A DNA stretch of 39,349 bases from an uncultured Treponema sp. (GTDB lineage: Bacteria > Spirochaetota > Spirochaetia > Treponematales > Treponemataceae). The stretch lies in assembly GCA_947176045.1 (NCBI GenBank), contig CAMWPF010000001.1, positions 1 through 39,349 of the forward strand, in the 5' to 3' direction. Shown here piece by piece: positions 25,819-35,200 of the stretch. How positions within the stretch are numbered: position 1 is the first letter of the stretch; every line of letters starts with the position of its first letter. Position numbers and translations under genes: made by a program. The notes under the pieces are model-generated. The model was not told the DNA's origin. It saw only the letters and a program-made list of their open reading frames with translations, and made no database searches.

Positions 25819-26247
25819 ATGAAGATTTCAACGCGGGGCAGGTATGCGCTCCGCTTCATGATTGACCTTGCGCAGCAGAACACGAACGCATACGTTCCGC
25901 TGAAGGACATTTCAGAACGGCAGGGCATTTCGGTCAAATATCTCGAACAGATTGCCGCCCTGCTGAGCAAATTCCAGCTCCTGCAAAGCGTCCGCGGCCC
26001 GCAAGGCGGCTACAAGCTCGCAAAAAAGCCGGCGGAGTACACCATCGCAGAAATCCTGCGCCCTACGGAAGGCAGCCTCGCTCCCGTCGCCTGCCTCGAG
26101 CAGAATCCTGTCAGCTGCCCCCGTTCGTCCGAATGCCGGACGCTCCAGCTCTGGCGCGGGCTTGATGCCGTCGTCAGCAACTACCTGAATTCCATTACGC
26201 TCGACCAGCTCGCCGGCGCAGACCCTGCCGACGACTACGTCATCTGA
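25819..26247 (+). CDS. Rrf2 family transcriptional regulator (IscR/CymR-like, three Cys)
   Basis: 'MKISTRGRYALRFMIDLA', 'ISVKYLEQI', 'SVRGPQGGYKL', 'EGSLAPVAC...C.....C'. Confidence 0.93.
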   Translation: MKISTRGRYALRFMIDLAQQNTNAYVPLKDISERQGISVKYLEQIAALLSKFQLLQSVRGPQGGYKLAKKPAEYTIAEILRPTEGSLAPVACLEQNPVSCPRSSECRTLQLWRGLDAVVSNYLNSITLDQLAGADPADDYVI

Positions 26248-26298
26248 TTTTTCACTTTGCTCCAGCGGCGCACATCCGGAGGACGCAGCCGCGCGGCG

Positions 26299-29200
26299 TC
26301 AAAACACCGTGATGCTGCACAATTCAACTGACGCGCGCCGTTCATCCGGCTCTGGGAAGAAGCGGTACTTGAACGCCGCGCTCAAAGAGAAGCGGAACGC
26401 GTAGTTCGCAAGCCCGCCGATGTCCGGCGTAACGGCGAATTCCACGCGCACGGCGCACTCGTCGAAATAGCTCATGCCGCCAGCCGCCAGTTCAGCGGCG
26501 TATGTTCCGGCGCGGAATACCGCCCACGAATCAAGCGCTGCTCCAGACTTCCGCGCCACCTTGCCAAGATACCGGGCGCTGACTGTGAGGCGGTTCGCAT
26601 AAAACAGCGGAAGGATTGAAGTCGAACGCTGGATTTCCGTAGAAAACAGCACGATGTCCGCCTGCGCCGCCGCCGCATACCGCCGCGCCGGAAACAGCAC
26701 GGCCTCCAGGCGCGCCGGCATGTTGAACGTCAGCGCCGCCGTATTTTGAATCGGAAGCAGCCGTGGAATCCAGCCGGACACGCCGACGGAAAGATTCTGA
26801 TACGAATCGTACGCCGCCTCAGGGGCGGAAACCGGCGCGCACCAATGCACATGGCAGCCGCCCATCGCCTCCACGCCGGAATAGTCGTAAAATCCCACGC
26901 CCGCCTTCCGGATGTTCCCGAATGAAACCGCCGCCTCGTTCGCCACGAACAGCCGCTCCCGGCTGTCGCCGGTTTTGAGGATTTCAAACAAGTCAAGCGG
27001 ACTGCCGACGCTTCTGCCTTCTGGAATTGCGGCCGCCGTCTGCCGCCCTTCAAAAAAATCGAACGTGTCGGAAACGGAAACATACGCCGTGCGGCCTGCC
27101 GGAACTTTCACCGCCGCCGACAGCCACTCATACGTCTGCTTGTAGCCGCCGCCGTCCCACTCCACCGAAGCAAGCGCCGACCAGCTGAACAGCTCCGTCG
27201 CCGTCGAGCCGGTCAGAAACGCCGTCGCCGCCGCAGAATTGGTCATCGGATTGTAGCCGGCGGAAAACAGCCACAGCGGATTTGTCCACGGCGTGCAGCC
27301 GACATACGTAGCTCCCAGCGGCAGCATGACGGAATCCAAGCCGCCCGCGGAATTCCGAATGGAATACGACTGCGAAACAGAAAGCGGAACCAGCGTCCCC
27401 TTCGGATGCGCCGCCGCATAGCGGAACAGGGAGAACGGCTCGCCAGGCAGCTCCTGCGGAGCGGCAGAAATCTCATGCGCTCCGCCGGAATTTCCGTCCG
27501 AACCGCCGCGTTCTGATTCCGACAGAAATTCCACAGGAAATGCGGCGGCGGAAAACGGCAGGCTTCCGGCAGGACGGCAGAAGACGCGGCTTCCTTCGTA
27601 AAAATTTCCGATGTAGGCGAACCGCCCGCCAGAACTAGCGGCTCCGCCGTCCGCGATGCCGGACGCAAGCCACACAGGCGCGTATATTCCGCCAGAAACA
27701 TCACCGTTCATGAGGCGGCCGTCCAGCGCAAAGCGTTCGGCGCGGACTTCCTTCGTGCCGGCTTGCGCCGATTCGGAAGCCGCTCCGCGCGACAAAACTG
27801 CCGCCGGAATGTGGACGACGCCAAGCCGCGGAAGCGTGTCCTGCGCCGCCCATGAAAACAAAAGCGCGTCGCCGTCCGGCGCGTCCGCCGCCTTCCCGAA
27901 CACCACCGAAAGCAGTTCGGAATCTGCCGCCGCCGCGCTGAGGTTCCGTACGGACATCCGTCCCTCCGGCAGCTCCACCGAAAACCGCCGGCCGTCCACG
28001 GCATTCTCCGCCTGAACGGCATAGCGCATCCCGCGCTTCCAAAGATAATAGAACCAGCCGCCGGAACCGCCCGCAGGCGAAAAGACGGCCTCGCCAAATT
28101 CCTTCTTGTCCTCCCGGACGAGCGCCGCCGCCTCAATCTTCCCGCGCGCGGAGCGCTCCAGACAGTACAGGCGCACCGCGGCATACTGCGATTCCGTCCG
28201 AACTGCCGCGACATAATACGTTCCGTCCGCGCAGAACACCGCCGCATCGCGCAGCCCTTTCTCCGGGAGCCGGAACAGCCGGCGGCTCGCCATATCGTAC
28301 ACGGCGACCTTGTTTTTCGGAACGCGCCCCGCGGACGACGAATAGGAGACCGCCATATACCGGCCGTCCGCGCACAGTTGAATCCGGCTCACAGCAGAAA
28401 ACGCGAGCCGCTTTTTCAATTTTGGAACAGCGCCCGCCGCGCCGGACGTTCCAGCAAAATAAATGGCTCCGCCGCTGCCGTCAAGGCAGGCGGCGCCGTT
28501 TTCCGACGCAGAAAGCGACTTCCACAACGATTTCTTCGTCAGCGCCGCCGCGCCGTCCGCTTCCGGCTCCCGCACATCCTCAGGAACGGCGACGGAATCA
28601 TAAAAATCCCGCCATGCCTGCCGGATGGAAAAGCCGTACACCTGCCGGAAGCACATGAAATATGTCAGCGTCTGAAAATTGACGCACTTGTACCAAAATT
28701 CAGCGTACTTTTCCATTCCGTACTGCGCTTGCAGCCACGCGCTAAACATGCCGCCGAACAGATAGCTCTGCGTCGTGTACGGATACGTATCGCGGGTGCC
28801 GTTGATTTCGGAATAGTTGGGAAAGCGCCCTTCGATTTTTGCCTGCCGCACGATGTGCAGGCTGTACGAATCATTGAGCCGTCCTTCGCCGCCGTCGCTT
28901 TCGACCGAAACCGTCGCGCCTTCCGCCCATGCAGTCGTGATTGTCAGCGCGCCCGGATTGTACGTGTCGCCAAAAATCCGATCAAATCCGTACCAGAAGT
29001 CGTTCCGCAGGTTGTACGTAATCGCATGGGTCAGCTCGTGCCGGAACGTCATGAACAGCGTCTCCGAAAAAACCGCCATGCTTTCTGTCGGAACGGTATC
29101 GTACAGGACGATGTGGTTGAACGGCGCGAAAGAAAAATATGCGTTGAATTCATCCTGCGCCGGGGTGATGACGACCGGCATCCGGAATTCATGCTTCAAT

Positions 29201-29475
29201 TTAAATGTTTCGGCAAGCTCCCGGTACGCGCCGTCCGCCTTTTCAATCAGAATTTCGGCGCTACGCGCGGACGCCGGCGCATAGATGATGTCGAAATAAT
29301 CAGTGCGCGCAATCCGCAGCTGATTCTGCCCCGCCATGACGCCGCTGTAGGAAAACCCCGCAGGCGCGGCGGCAAGCAGTCCCAGAACGGCTGAAACCGC
29401 CCGCAGCAAAAAGCGCGCCCGGAAGAATGTGCCGCAGACGAGCGCAGGAACGTTCGGGTTCATATTTGATTTCAT
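26299..29475 (-). CDS. Secreted putative zinc metallopeptidase (HExxH...E) with a beta-rich middle and barrel-like C-terminus (1058 aa)
   Basis: Signal-like N-terminus (...LLAAAPAGFS|Y). 'FRHELTHAI' (29026-29040) and downstream 'WAEGAT', 'YLFGGMFSAWL..QYG'. C-terminal amphipathic strands ending in Phe (SITVF). Exact start uncertain (29475 or 29463). Confidence 0.72.
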   Translation of the reverse strand: MKSNMNPNVPALVCGTFFRARFLLRAVSAVLGLLAAAPAGFSYSGVMAGQNQLRIARTDYFDIIYAPASARSAEILIEKADGAYRELAETFKLKHEFRMPVVITPAQDEFNAYFSFAPFNHIVLYDTVPTESMAVFSETLFMTFRHELTHAITYNLRNDFWYGFDRIFGDTYNPGALTITTAWAEGATVSVESDGGEGRLNDSYSLHIVRQAKIEGRFPNYSEINGTRDTYPYTTQSYLFGGMFSAWLQAQYGMEKYAEFWYKCVNFQTLTYFMCFRQVYGFSIRQAWRDFYDSVAVPEDVREPEADGAAALTKKSLWKSLSASENGAACLDGSGGAIYFAGTSGAAGAVPKLKKRLAFSAVSRIQLCADGRYMAVSYSSSAGRVPKNKVAVYDMASRRLFRLPEKGLRDAAVFCADGTYYVAAVRTESQYAAVRLYCLERSARGKIEAAALVREDKKEFGEAVFSPAGGSGGWFYYLWKRGMRYAVQAENAVDGRRFSVELPEGRMSVRNLSAAAADSELLSVVFGKAADAPDGDALLFSWAAQDTLPRLGVVHIPAAVLSRGAASESAQAGTKEVRAERFALDGRLMNGDVSGGIYAPVWLASGIADGGAASSGGRFAYIGNFYEGSRVFCRPAGSLPFSAAAFPVEFLSESERGGSDGNSGGAHEISAAPQELPGEPFSLFRYAAAHPKGTLVPLSVSQSYSIRNSAGGLDSVMLPLGATYVGCTPWTNPLWLFSAGYNPMTNSAAATAFLTGSTATELFSWSALASVEWDGGGYKQTYEWLSAAVKVPAGRTAYVSVSDTFDFFEGRQTAAAIPEGRSVGSPLDLFEILKTGDSRERLFVANEAAVSFGNIRKAGVGFYDYSGVEAMGGCHVHWCAPVSAPEAAYDSYQNLSVGVSGWIPRLLPIQNTAALTFNMPARLEAVLFPARRYAAAAQADIVLFSTEIQRSTSILPLFYANRLTVSARYLGKVARKSGAALDSWAVFRAGTYAAELAAGGMSYFDECAVRVEFAVTPDIGGLANYAFRFSLSAAFKYRFFPEPDERRASVELCSITVF

Positions 29476-29505
29476 TTCTGTACCGGCTTACGGCAGAAGG
29501 CGCGC

Positions 29506-29721
29506 TCAATAATGCGGCGGCTTCCGGTTCGGAATGTCGCCTTCCAAAAGTTCCGAAACATCGCGGAGCTTCGATACAAGCAGCTTGTTTTCCCGGCGCA
29601 GCGCTTCCAACGATTTTTCCTGCGCGACGACAACTTCCTGAAGCTGGTTCAAAAAATCCTCAAGATAGGCGGCCTTCATTTCAAGCGCAGTCAGCCGTTC
29701 CGCCGATTCCTGTCCGTCCAT
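29506..29721 (-). CDS. slyX: SlyX family protein
   Basis: 71-aa coiled coil 'RLTALEMKAAYLEDFLNQLQEVV..QE' ending in the family hallmark 'KPPHY'. Confidence 0.9.
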   Translation of the reverse strand: MDGQESAERLTALEMKAAYLEDFLNQLQEVVVAQEKSLEALRRENKLLVSKLRDVSELLEGDIPNRKPPHY

Positions 29722-29738
29722 GCAAAGCTCCGCCGCCG

Positions 29739-31142
29739 TCAGATGATGTCTTTCAGCGCGGCAATGACGTCCGCGTCGTAGATATTCAGCTGCTCCTCAA
29801 GCTTTTCAACCGCCGAATCCTTGTCCGTGCCGCCGCGGTAGCTGCGCTTGCTCGAAAGCGCGATGAAGCTGTCCGCCACACGGATAATCCGCGCGATTTC
29901 TGGAATTTTATCGCCTTTGACATGGTTCTTGCCGGAGCCGTCCATATTTTCATGATGCATCGTCGATGCCGCCTCGAATACAGACCAATAGCGCTTCGGC
30001 ACGAATTGCAGATGCTCTTCGCCCAGCTTGATATGGCTGTCCAAAACCGCATGCTGCTCGTCCGACAGCTTCTCTTCGGAAATCAATTCAGGATGGTCGC
30101 GGTAGACGCTCAAAAATCCGGCGTCGTACACCATCGCCGCGCAGAAAAAGACCATCGAATCGTGCTGCTTCAGCCCGAGGCGCATTGCCAGCTTGTAGAC
30201 CAATTCCGAGACGTTCTTGGAATTGTTCTTGCGTCCTGTAACCTGATCGATTTTCGCGCCCAAATCCTCGCATTTGGCGGCAAGCTCCCGCAGCTCCTCC
30301 TTTTCTTCCGGCGTCTCCTCCGGCTCCGGCAGCGCGTCTACGCCCCAGCGGGAGCTTCCGGCGGACTTCAAGCCGTCCTTTCCGTAAATGTCGGTGATGC
30401 CGCCGAGCATGAGCTGGTTCGTCTGGCTCTGGTTCTGCGCCAGCAGCTTGAACGCGTCCGCATACTGCTGCTGCTGGATTTTCGACTGCTTGACGCTGAT
30501 ATGCATAATCAGCAGGATCAATCCGACCACCAGCATGATGACGACGACAATCACCGTAACAAGTATCATGATCGTCGTGAATTTCTTGTCCGTCTTTTGG
30601 TCGCGCTCCTTCTGAAGCTCGTTCTGCTTTGTAATTTGATCGACCATCTGCTGCGTCTGCTCCTGCATCTGCTTTCCCTGCTGCGTGATGGCCTGCTGCG
30701 TCGCTTCAGTCGTTTCGGAAATGCGGTTCATGAAATTCTGCTGATCCTGCTTGGCGGACGCCTTTTCATCCGCCGCCTGCCGCGCCTCAATCTGCCGGAC
30801 GAGCTTTGTGATTTCCGCGGAAGACACCTGCGGAAACTGCTCCAGATTCGTCTTGATTTCAATCAAAGACTGCTCGTCATAATTCTTCTGAAGCAGCTTC
30901 AGACGGTTCAAATACACCGAACGCGCCAGAACTATCACGTTCGCCGGAACAATATCGCCGCCGACCTTCATCGCCATATTGATGTTCTTGTAGGCGTCAA
31001 GAAGGTCTCCCTCGTCGTAGGCGTCGTTCGCCCGCTCCAAGTACCGTTCCGACAGACTTTCCGTGCTTGTCTGGGCGGCAATGCCGAAAACGACAAGCAG
31101 TCCCAAAAAAAGACCCGCTGCAATACGTTTACTTCGCAACAT
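29739..31142 (-). CDS. Membrane protein with periplasmic helical/coiled-coil region and a degenerate cytoplasmic HD-GYP domain
   Basis: Start ATG 31142 (GGAG RBS), overlapping the upstream gene by 14 nt. Signal peptide/TM, TPR-like helix pair, Gln-rich coiled coil, TM 'IMILVTVIVVVIMLVVGLILLI', then 'VYDAGF', 'HHENMDGSG', 'IARIIRVADSF', 'KRSYR'. Confidence 0.85.
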   Translation of the reverse strand: MLRSKRIAAGLFLGLLVVFGIAAQTSTESLSERYLERANDAYDEGDLLDAYKNINMAMKVGGDIVPANVIVLARSVYLNRLKLLQKNYDEQSLIEIKTNLEQFPQVSSAEITKLVRQIEARQAADEKASAKQDQQNFMNRISETTEATQQAITQQGKQMQEQTQQMVDQITKQNELQKERDQKTDKKFTTIMILVTVIVVVIMLVVGLILLIMHISVKQSKIQQQQYADAFKLLAQNQSQTNQLMLGGITDIYGKDGLKSAGSSRWGVDALPEPEETPEEKEELRELAAKCEDLGAKIDQVTGRKNNSKNVSELVYKLAMRLGLKQHDSMVFFCAAMVYDAGFLSVYRDHPELISEEKLSDEQHAVLDSHIKLGEEHLQFVPKRYWSVFEAASTMHHENMDGSGKNHVKGDKIPEIARIIRVADSFIALSSKRSYRGGTDKDSAVEKLEEQLNIYDADVIAALKDII

Positions 31143-32253
31143 TTTCTGCTCCAATGGCCAGCACCAAACCGGCCTTATTTTCAATTCCTGAAGATTTTAT
31201 AAATACGGTATCCTTTACGCCGATAGTAAATCCAAGCTTCACTTTTTCCATGACAGCGAACGGAATGTTCGCGTTGACCGAACCGCCGAACGCCGACTTC
31301 AAATCGGAGTAGGCAAGATGCCCCAGATAATAATCGACATTGCCGAACAGCACCGCCGGCCCCACCTTGACATGGTTGAATCCGATTCCGAACACCGGCG
31401 TGCAGACCGTTCCGTGGAGCGCCGTATCTTTCTCATCGTTCGCCATCGTATCTGTCATTATGAAGCTTGCAAATCCGGCGCGCAGAAAAAGCTTCCGGCT
31501 GAAATTCGTAAACCCGATTTTCGGAACGATGGAAACGGAGCCGAGCATCGTGTCGTCCCCGTTGTAGAACGGCAAGATAACCGCCTCGCCGCCCACGTCG
31601 AATCCGACCATCAGCTTGTCGAACACATATTCATACGTAAAGTCGCCGGAAATGCCGTACCTGAACGAATTGTAGCCTGAACCCGAGTCTGAAACGAACA
31701 CTCCGTTGAACATTCCGAAGCGGAACATCCATGACCAGGCAGAATATTTCAAGTTCTTATCCTGCACATACACCGAATCGCCGGATGTCGTCGTTACCGA
31801 ATCGAAATTCCGATTGACGACGCCGCGCTTCCTTTCCTTTTCCGCCTCAAAGCGCGCAAGCTCCGCAAGCCGCCGTTCCTCCAGCTCTCGCTCCTGCTCG
31901 CGCTGCTTTTCCAGCGCGGACGCAATCGTCGAATACATTTCAACGGCTTCCGCATTGTCAAGGTTGTTGTCAATGACGACGAGGTTCGCGTCCATCGCAA
32001 ACTGATAGTCTTCTGAAATCAGCAGGCGGCGAATTTTCTTCATCGTATAGTTTTCAATCAAATAATAATCATCGTTGAGCATATTTCCTGCAAGAATCGA
32101 ATTCAATTCAGAATCCGACTTATGCACGAACGCAATGTCAATCTGCTTGTACAACGTTCCGATGTACGCGTCCACTGCAAAGGCAGGCGCGCAAGCCGAA
32201 ACCAGCACAAGCAGAAAAACGAACGCCTTTACCATGACACCATGTCTTGCCAT
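31129..32253 (-). CDS. Secreted protein: N-terminal helical/coiled-coil domain and C-terminal putative beta-barrel
   Basis: Signal peptide ending APAFA|V. Charged coiled coil 'KQREQERELEERRLAELARFEAEKERKR'. About 10 amphipathic strands (WMFRFGMF, GDFTYEYV, VGFDVGGE, LFLRAGF, FGIGFN, GNVDYY, LGFTIGV, GLVLAIGA). Start could be 32253 or 32235. Confidence 0.7.
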   Translation of the reverse strand: MARHGVMVKAFVFLLVLVSACAPAFAVDAYIGTLYKQIDIAFVHKSDSELNSILAGNMLNDDYYLIENYTMKKIRRLLISEDYQFAMDANLVVIDNNLDNAEAVEMYSTIASALEKQREQERELEERRLAELARFEAEKERKRGVVNRNFDSVTTTSGDSVYVQDKNLKYSAWSWMFRFGMFNGVFVSDSGSGYNSFRYGISGDFTYEYVFDKLMVGFDVGGEAVILPFYNGDDTMLGSVSIVPKIGFTNFSRKLFLRAGFASFIMTDTMANDEKDTALHGTVCTPVFGIGFNHVKVGPAVLFGNVDYYLGHLAYSDLKSAFGGSVNANIPFAVMEKVKLGFTIGVKDTVFIKSSGIENKAGLVLAIGAENVAK

Positions 32254-32265
32254 CAAACTACCTAC

Positions 32266-35200
32266 CTAGAATACATTGACGCGGATGCCTTCGGAAATCT
32301 GCGGAATGAGATTCTTGATGGCATCCGAATTTCCGCCGGAAACGTCCGTCGGAATGAACCACAACGAGAATTCGGTATACAGCGCGAATGTGCTGAAGCA
32401 TTTGTTCTTCGGGAACGAAACCCGCGGGAACTCCATCTGGGCAAGCAGCGCGGACAAAATCTGCGGCTTTCCGCTGTTGGTTTCATTGAAGCGGGTGAAG
32501 TTCGCGCCGACAGCGAAATTCATCGTGAGCCATTCCCAGTCCCTGCCGAAGAAGTAGCTGAACGGAATCGTGCCGACGTTCGCAAGAATCTTGATTCCCA
32601 TGACGTTGTCGCCGCCGTAGCGCATATCTGACTTCGCAAAGAAGTTCCGCTGAGCCTGCGTGAACTGCCCCCACTGGAACTGAAGCTTTACGTTGTCGTC
32701 AAAGAACGTAAGTCCGATTCCAATGTCGAACAACGTCGCGCCCCAGAAATTCCAATCGAGGTACAATCCTTGAATGAACGACGGAACTTGGTACGAAGCC
32801 TTGTCGCCCTTGCGCAGCGTCAGCTCCACATCCTTGAGCGCAATATTGTCGCTGGAAAGTCCCGAGAACAGCATTTCCTGATTGTACCGCCCTCCGACGC
32901 TCGGCGAAATCAGGCGGATGTGCGGAACCGTATTGTCAATCTGAATGATCACCCGGTCGATTGCCGTTTCCCCGTTGCGCATCGTCGCGCGCACAATCAT
33001 AAAATGATATCCTTCCGGCAAATCCAAATTTTCAATCCGGTGCTTCCATTTTTCACCTTTGGAAACCCGCTTGAACGACTTTCCGTTGTCGAAGCTGATT
33101 TCCACCTTCTCCACTTTTTTCTCGTTGACAGCTTCCTTCTGCTCCTTTGTCGCTTCCTTCGTTCTGGAAATGAGCAGCTCGTCCTCGCTCAAAGAATATC
33201 CGGCGTTCCCGCTGATATACGGACGTTCAATCGCAAAATCACCGTAGACGAAATTGTCAACCGTCACCCACGGCCCGACCGTCGAATAGGTCAAAGTCTG
33301 AACGCGGGAACGGATGACGGTGCCGCCTTCCAGCCGCGCGTCCACATAATACTCATGCTCGCCGTCGGCAATGATTTCCGGGGAGGCTGAGAACTTGAAG
33401 TATCCGCTCGCCGTCAGCTGCGTGTCGGCGATAAACCTGCCGTCGATGTACAGCGAAAGCGCCTCTATCGGCTTGTCGGCGGCGGCCTCTCCGTAAATGT
33501 TGAAGATGCCCTGCTTGTGCTCGCCGTTCAGCGGATACAGCAAATCAACCGTGGCAAGCGGCTTGCTCTTGTCAAGCGTGATGTTCCGGCTGGCGTGCGT
33601 CTCGTTGCCGGCCTTGTCGCGCGCAGTCACTTCGATATTGTAGACGCCGTTTTCCAATCCCGACATATCCACAACTTCGGAAATAACCCTTCCCAAATCG
33701 AAATCAACCCGCGACAGCCGCTTGTTCACAGACTTGCTTTCCAAACTGGAAATTTTGACGAACATTTCCGTAATTCCAATATTGTCGAATGCAAATCCGC
33801 TGAAGAACAACGGGCCTGTCGTCGTGGAATCGTCAAGCGGCAGCTCCAGCGTCATGTCAGGATTCGTATTGTCAATGTTGATGAGGCTGGAATACAGCGC
33901 CTCGATGCCGTACTTGTCGAAAATCTTGAAGAAGATGACATGCGTTCCGTCTGGAATCGCCTTGGTATCGAACGTGTACGTCCAGTCTTCCGCTCCAACC
34001 GTATCGTTGTAGGAATTTCCGCAGTCCAAGGAAATCATAACTTTGTCGATGCCGTTCAAATCGGAGGAAATTCCTTTGATTGTTACTTCGCCTTTGACAG
34101 TCGTGTCTATCGACGGGAAGACGACCGCGCCCTTCGGCTCTTCCGTAGATACGCGGAATTTCCGCTCGGAAACCGGCCCTTGAACGCCGTTGATGTCGAC
34201 CGAATACATATAAATCGTATGCTCGTTGTCCGTCATCGTAGAGAACGGCACGTCGATGGCAAAGCTCGTTCCCATTTCCGGCAGTTCGATATACGCGCCA
34301 CGGTCAATCCGATAATATATCGTAGACGGTCCGTCGTCATCATACACAACGCCGGAAATCGTGAAATCCCGCGTGATGACTTCATCGTCCTGAGGAAGAT
34401 GGATTTCTGTAATCGGCAGATCCGATTCACTGTCAATCAGGAACTGCCACGATTCCAGCACCGTCTTGTTTCCCGCGCTGTCTGAAAATTCAAACGACAT
34501 ACTGTCGTCAATCGGCATATCCTTTGTACCGACATGCGTTATGACAAATGAATCTTCCGTCTCAAGCTGCCCGCGCTTTGACGCGGCTTTTGTTCCCGGC
34601 GGTCCGACATAATATACACCCGCAACATTGCCTTCATCCAGAACGCGGAACGCAATCATATTGTCGCCGTTCACAACGGCATCATCCTCCGGCATGATGA
34701 CCTGCACTTCAGGAGGAACCGAATCTTTCTGCACCGCCGTCCGCGCATACGCAACATTTCCGGCAGTGTCGAAAACGCGGACATCAATCTGTATCAAGCC
34801 GTCTTCTTTCTCAGAAACATTCTCAACTATATTGAACGTTCCTCCGATATTTCCGCGTGTGAACGAAAAATCGAGAGGCTTCCACGTTTCTCCTCCGTCA
34901 AGGGAGTACTCGCCGGACCTTATGCCGGACGGATCTGCGACGGTTCCCGCAAGCCGGAACTGCTTGCGCATCCATTTGCCCAGCGCCGGGGAGGCAATCA
35001 CAACTTCCGGCGCCCCGGAATCGACAATGATGTTGAGCGGCGCGGACGTGTACGCAATTCCATTTGAATCACGGACGCGCAGCGCTACGTCGGGATACGA
35101 ACCTTCGCTTGTCGCCGTAACAACGACGTTGTTTCCGTCAATGCTCGTGGAAAATGCCATTGAAGAAGAAGTCAGCTCGGCGGAAGCGACATCCATCACA

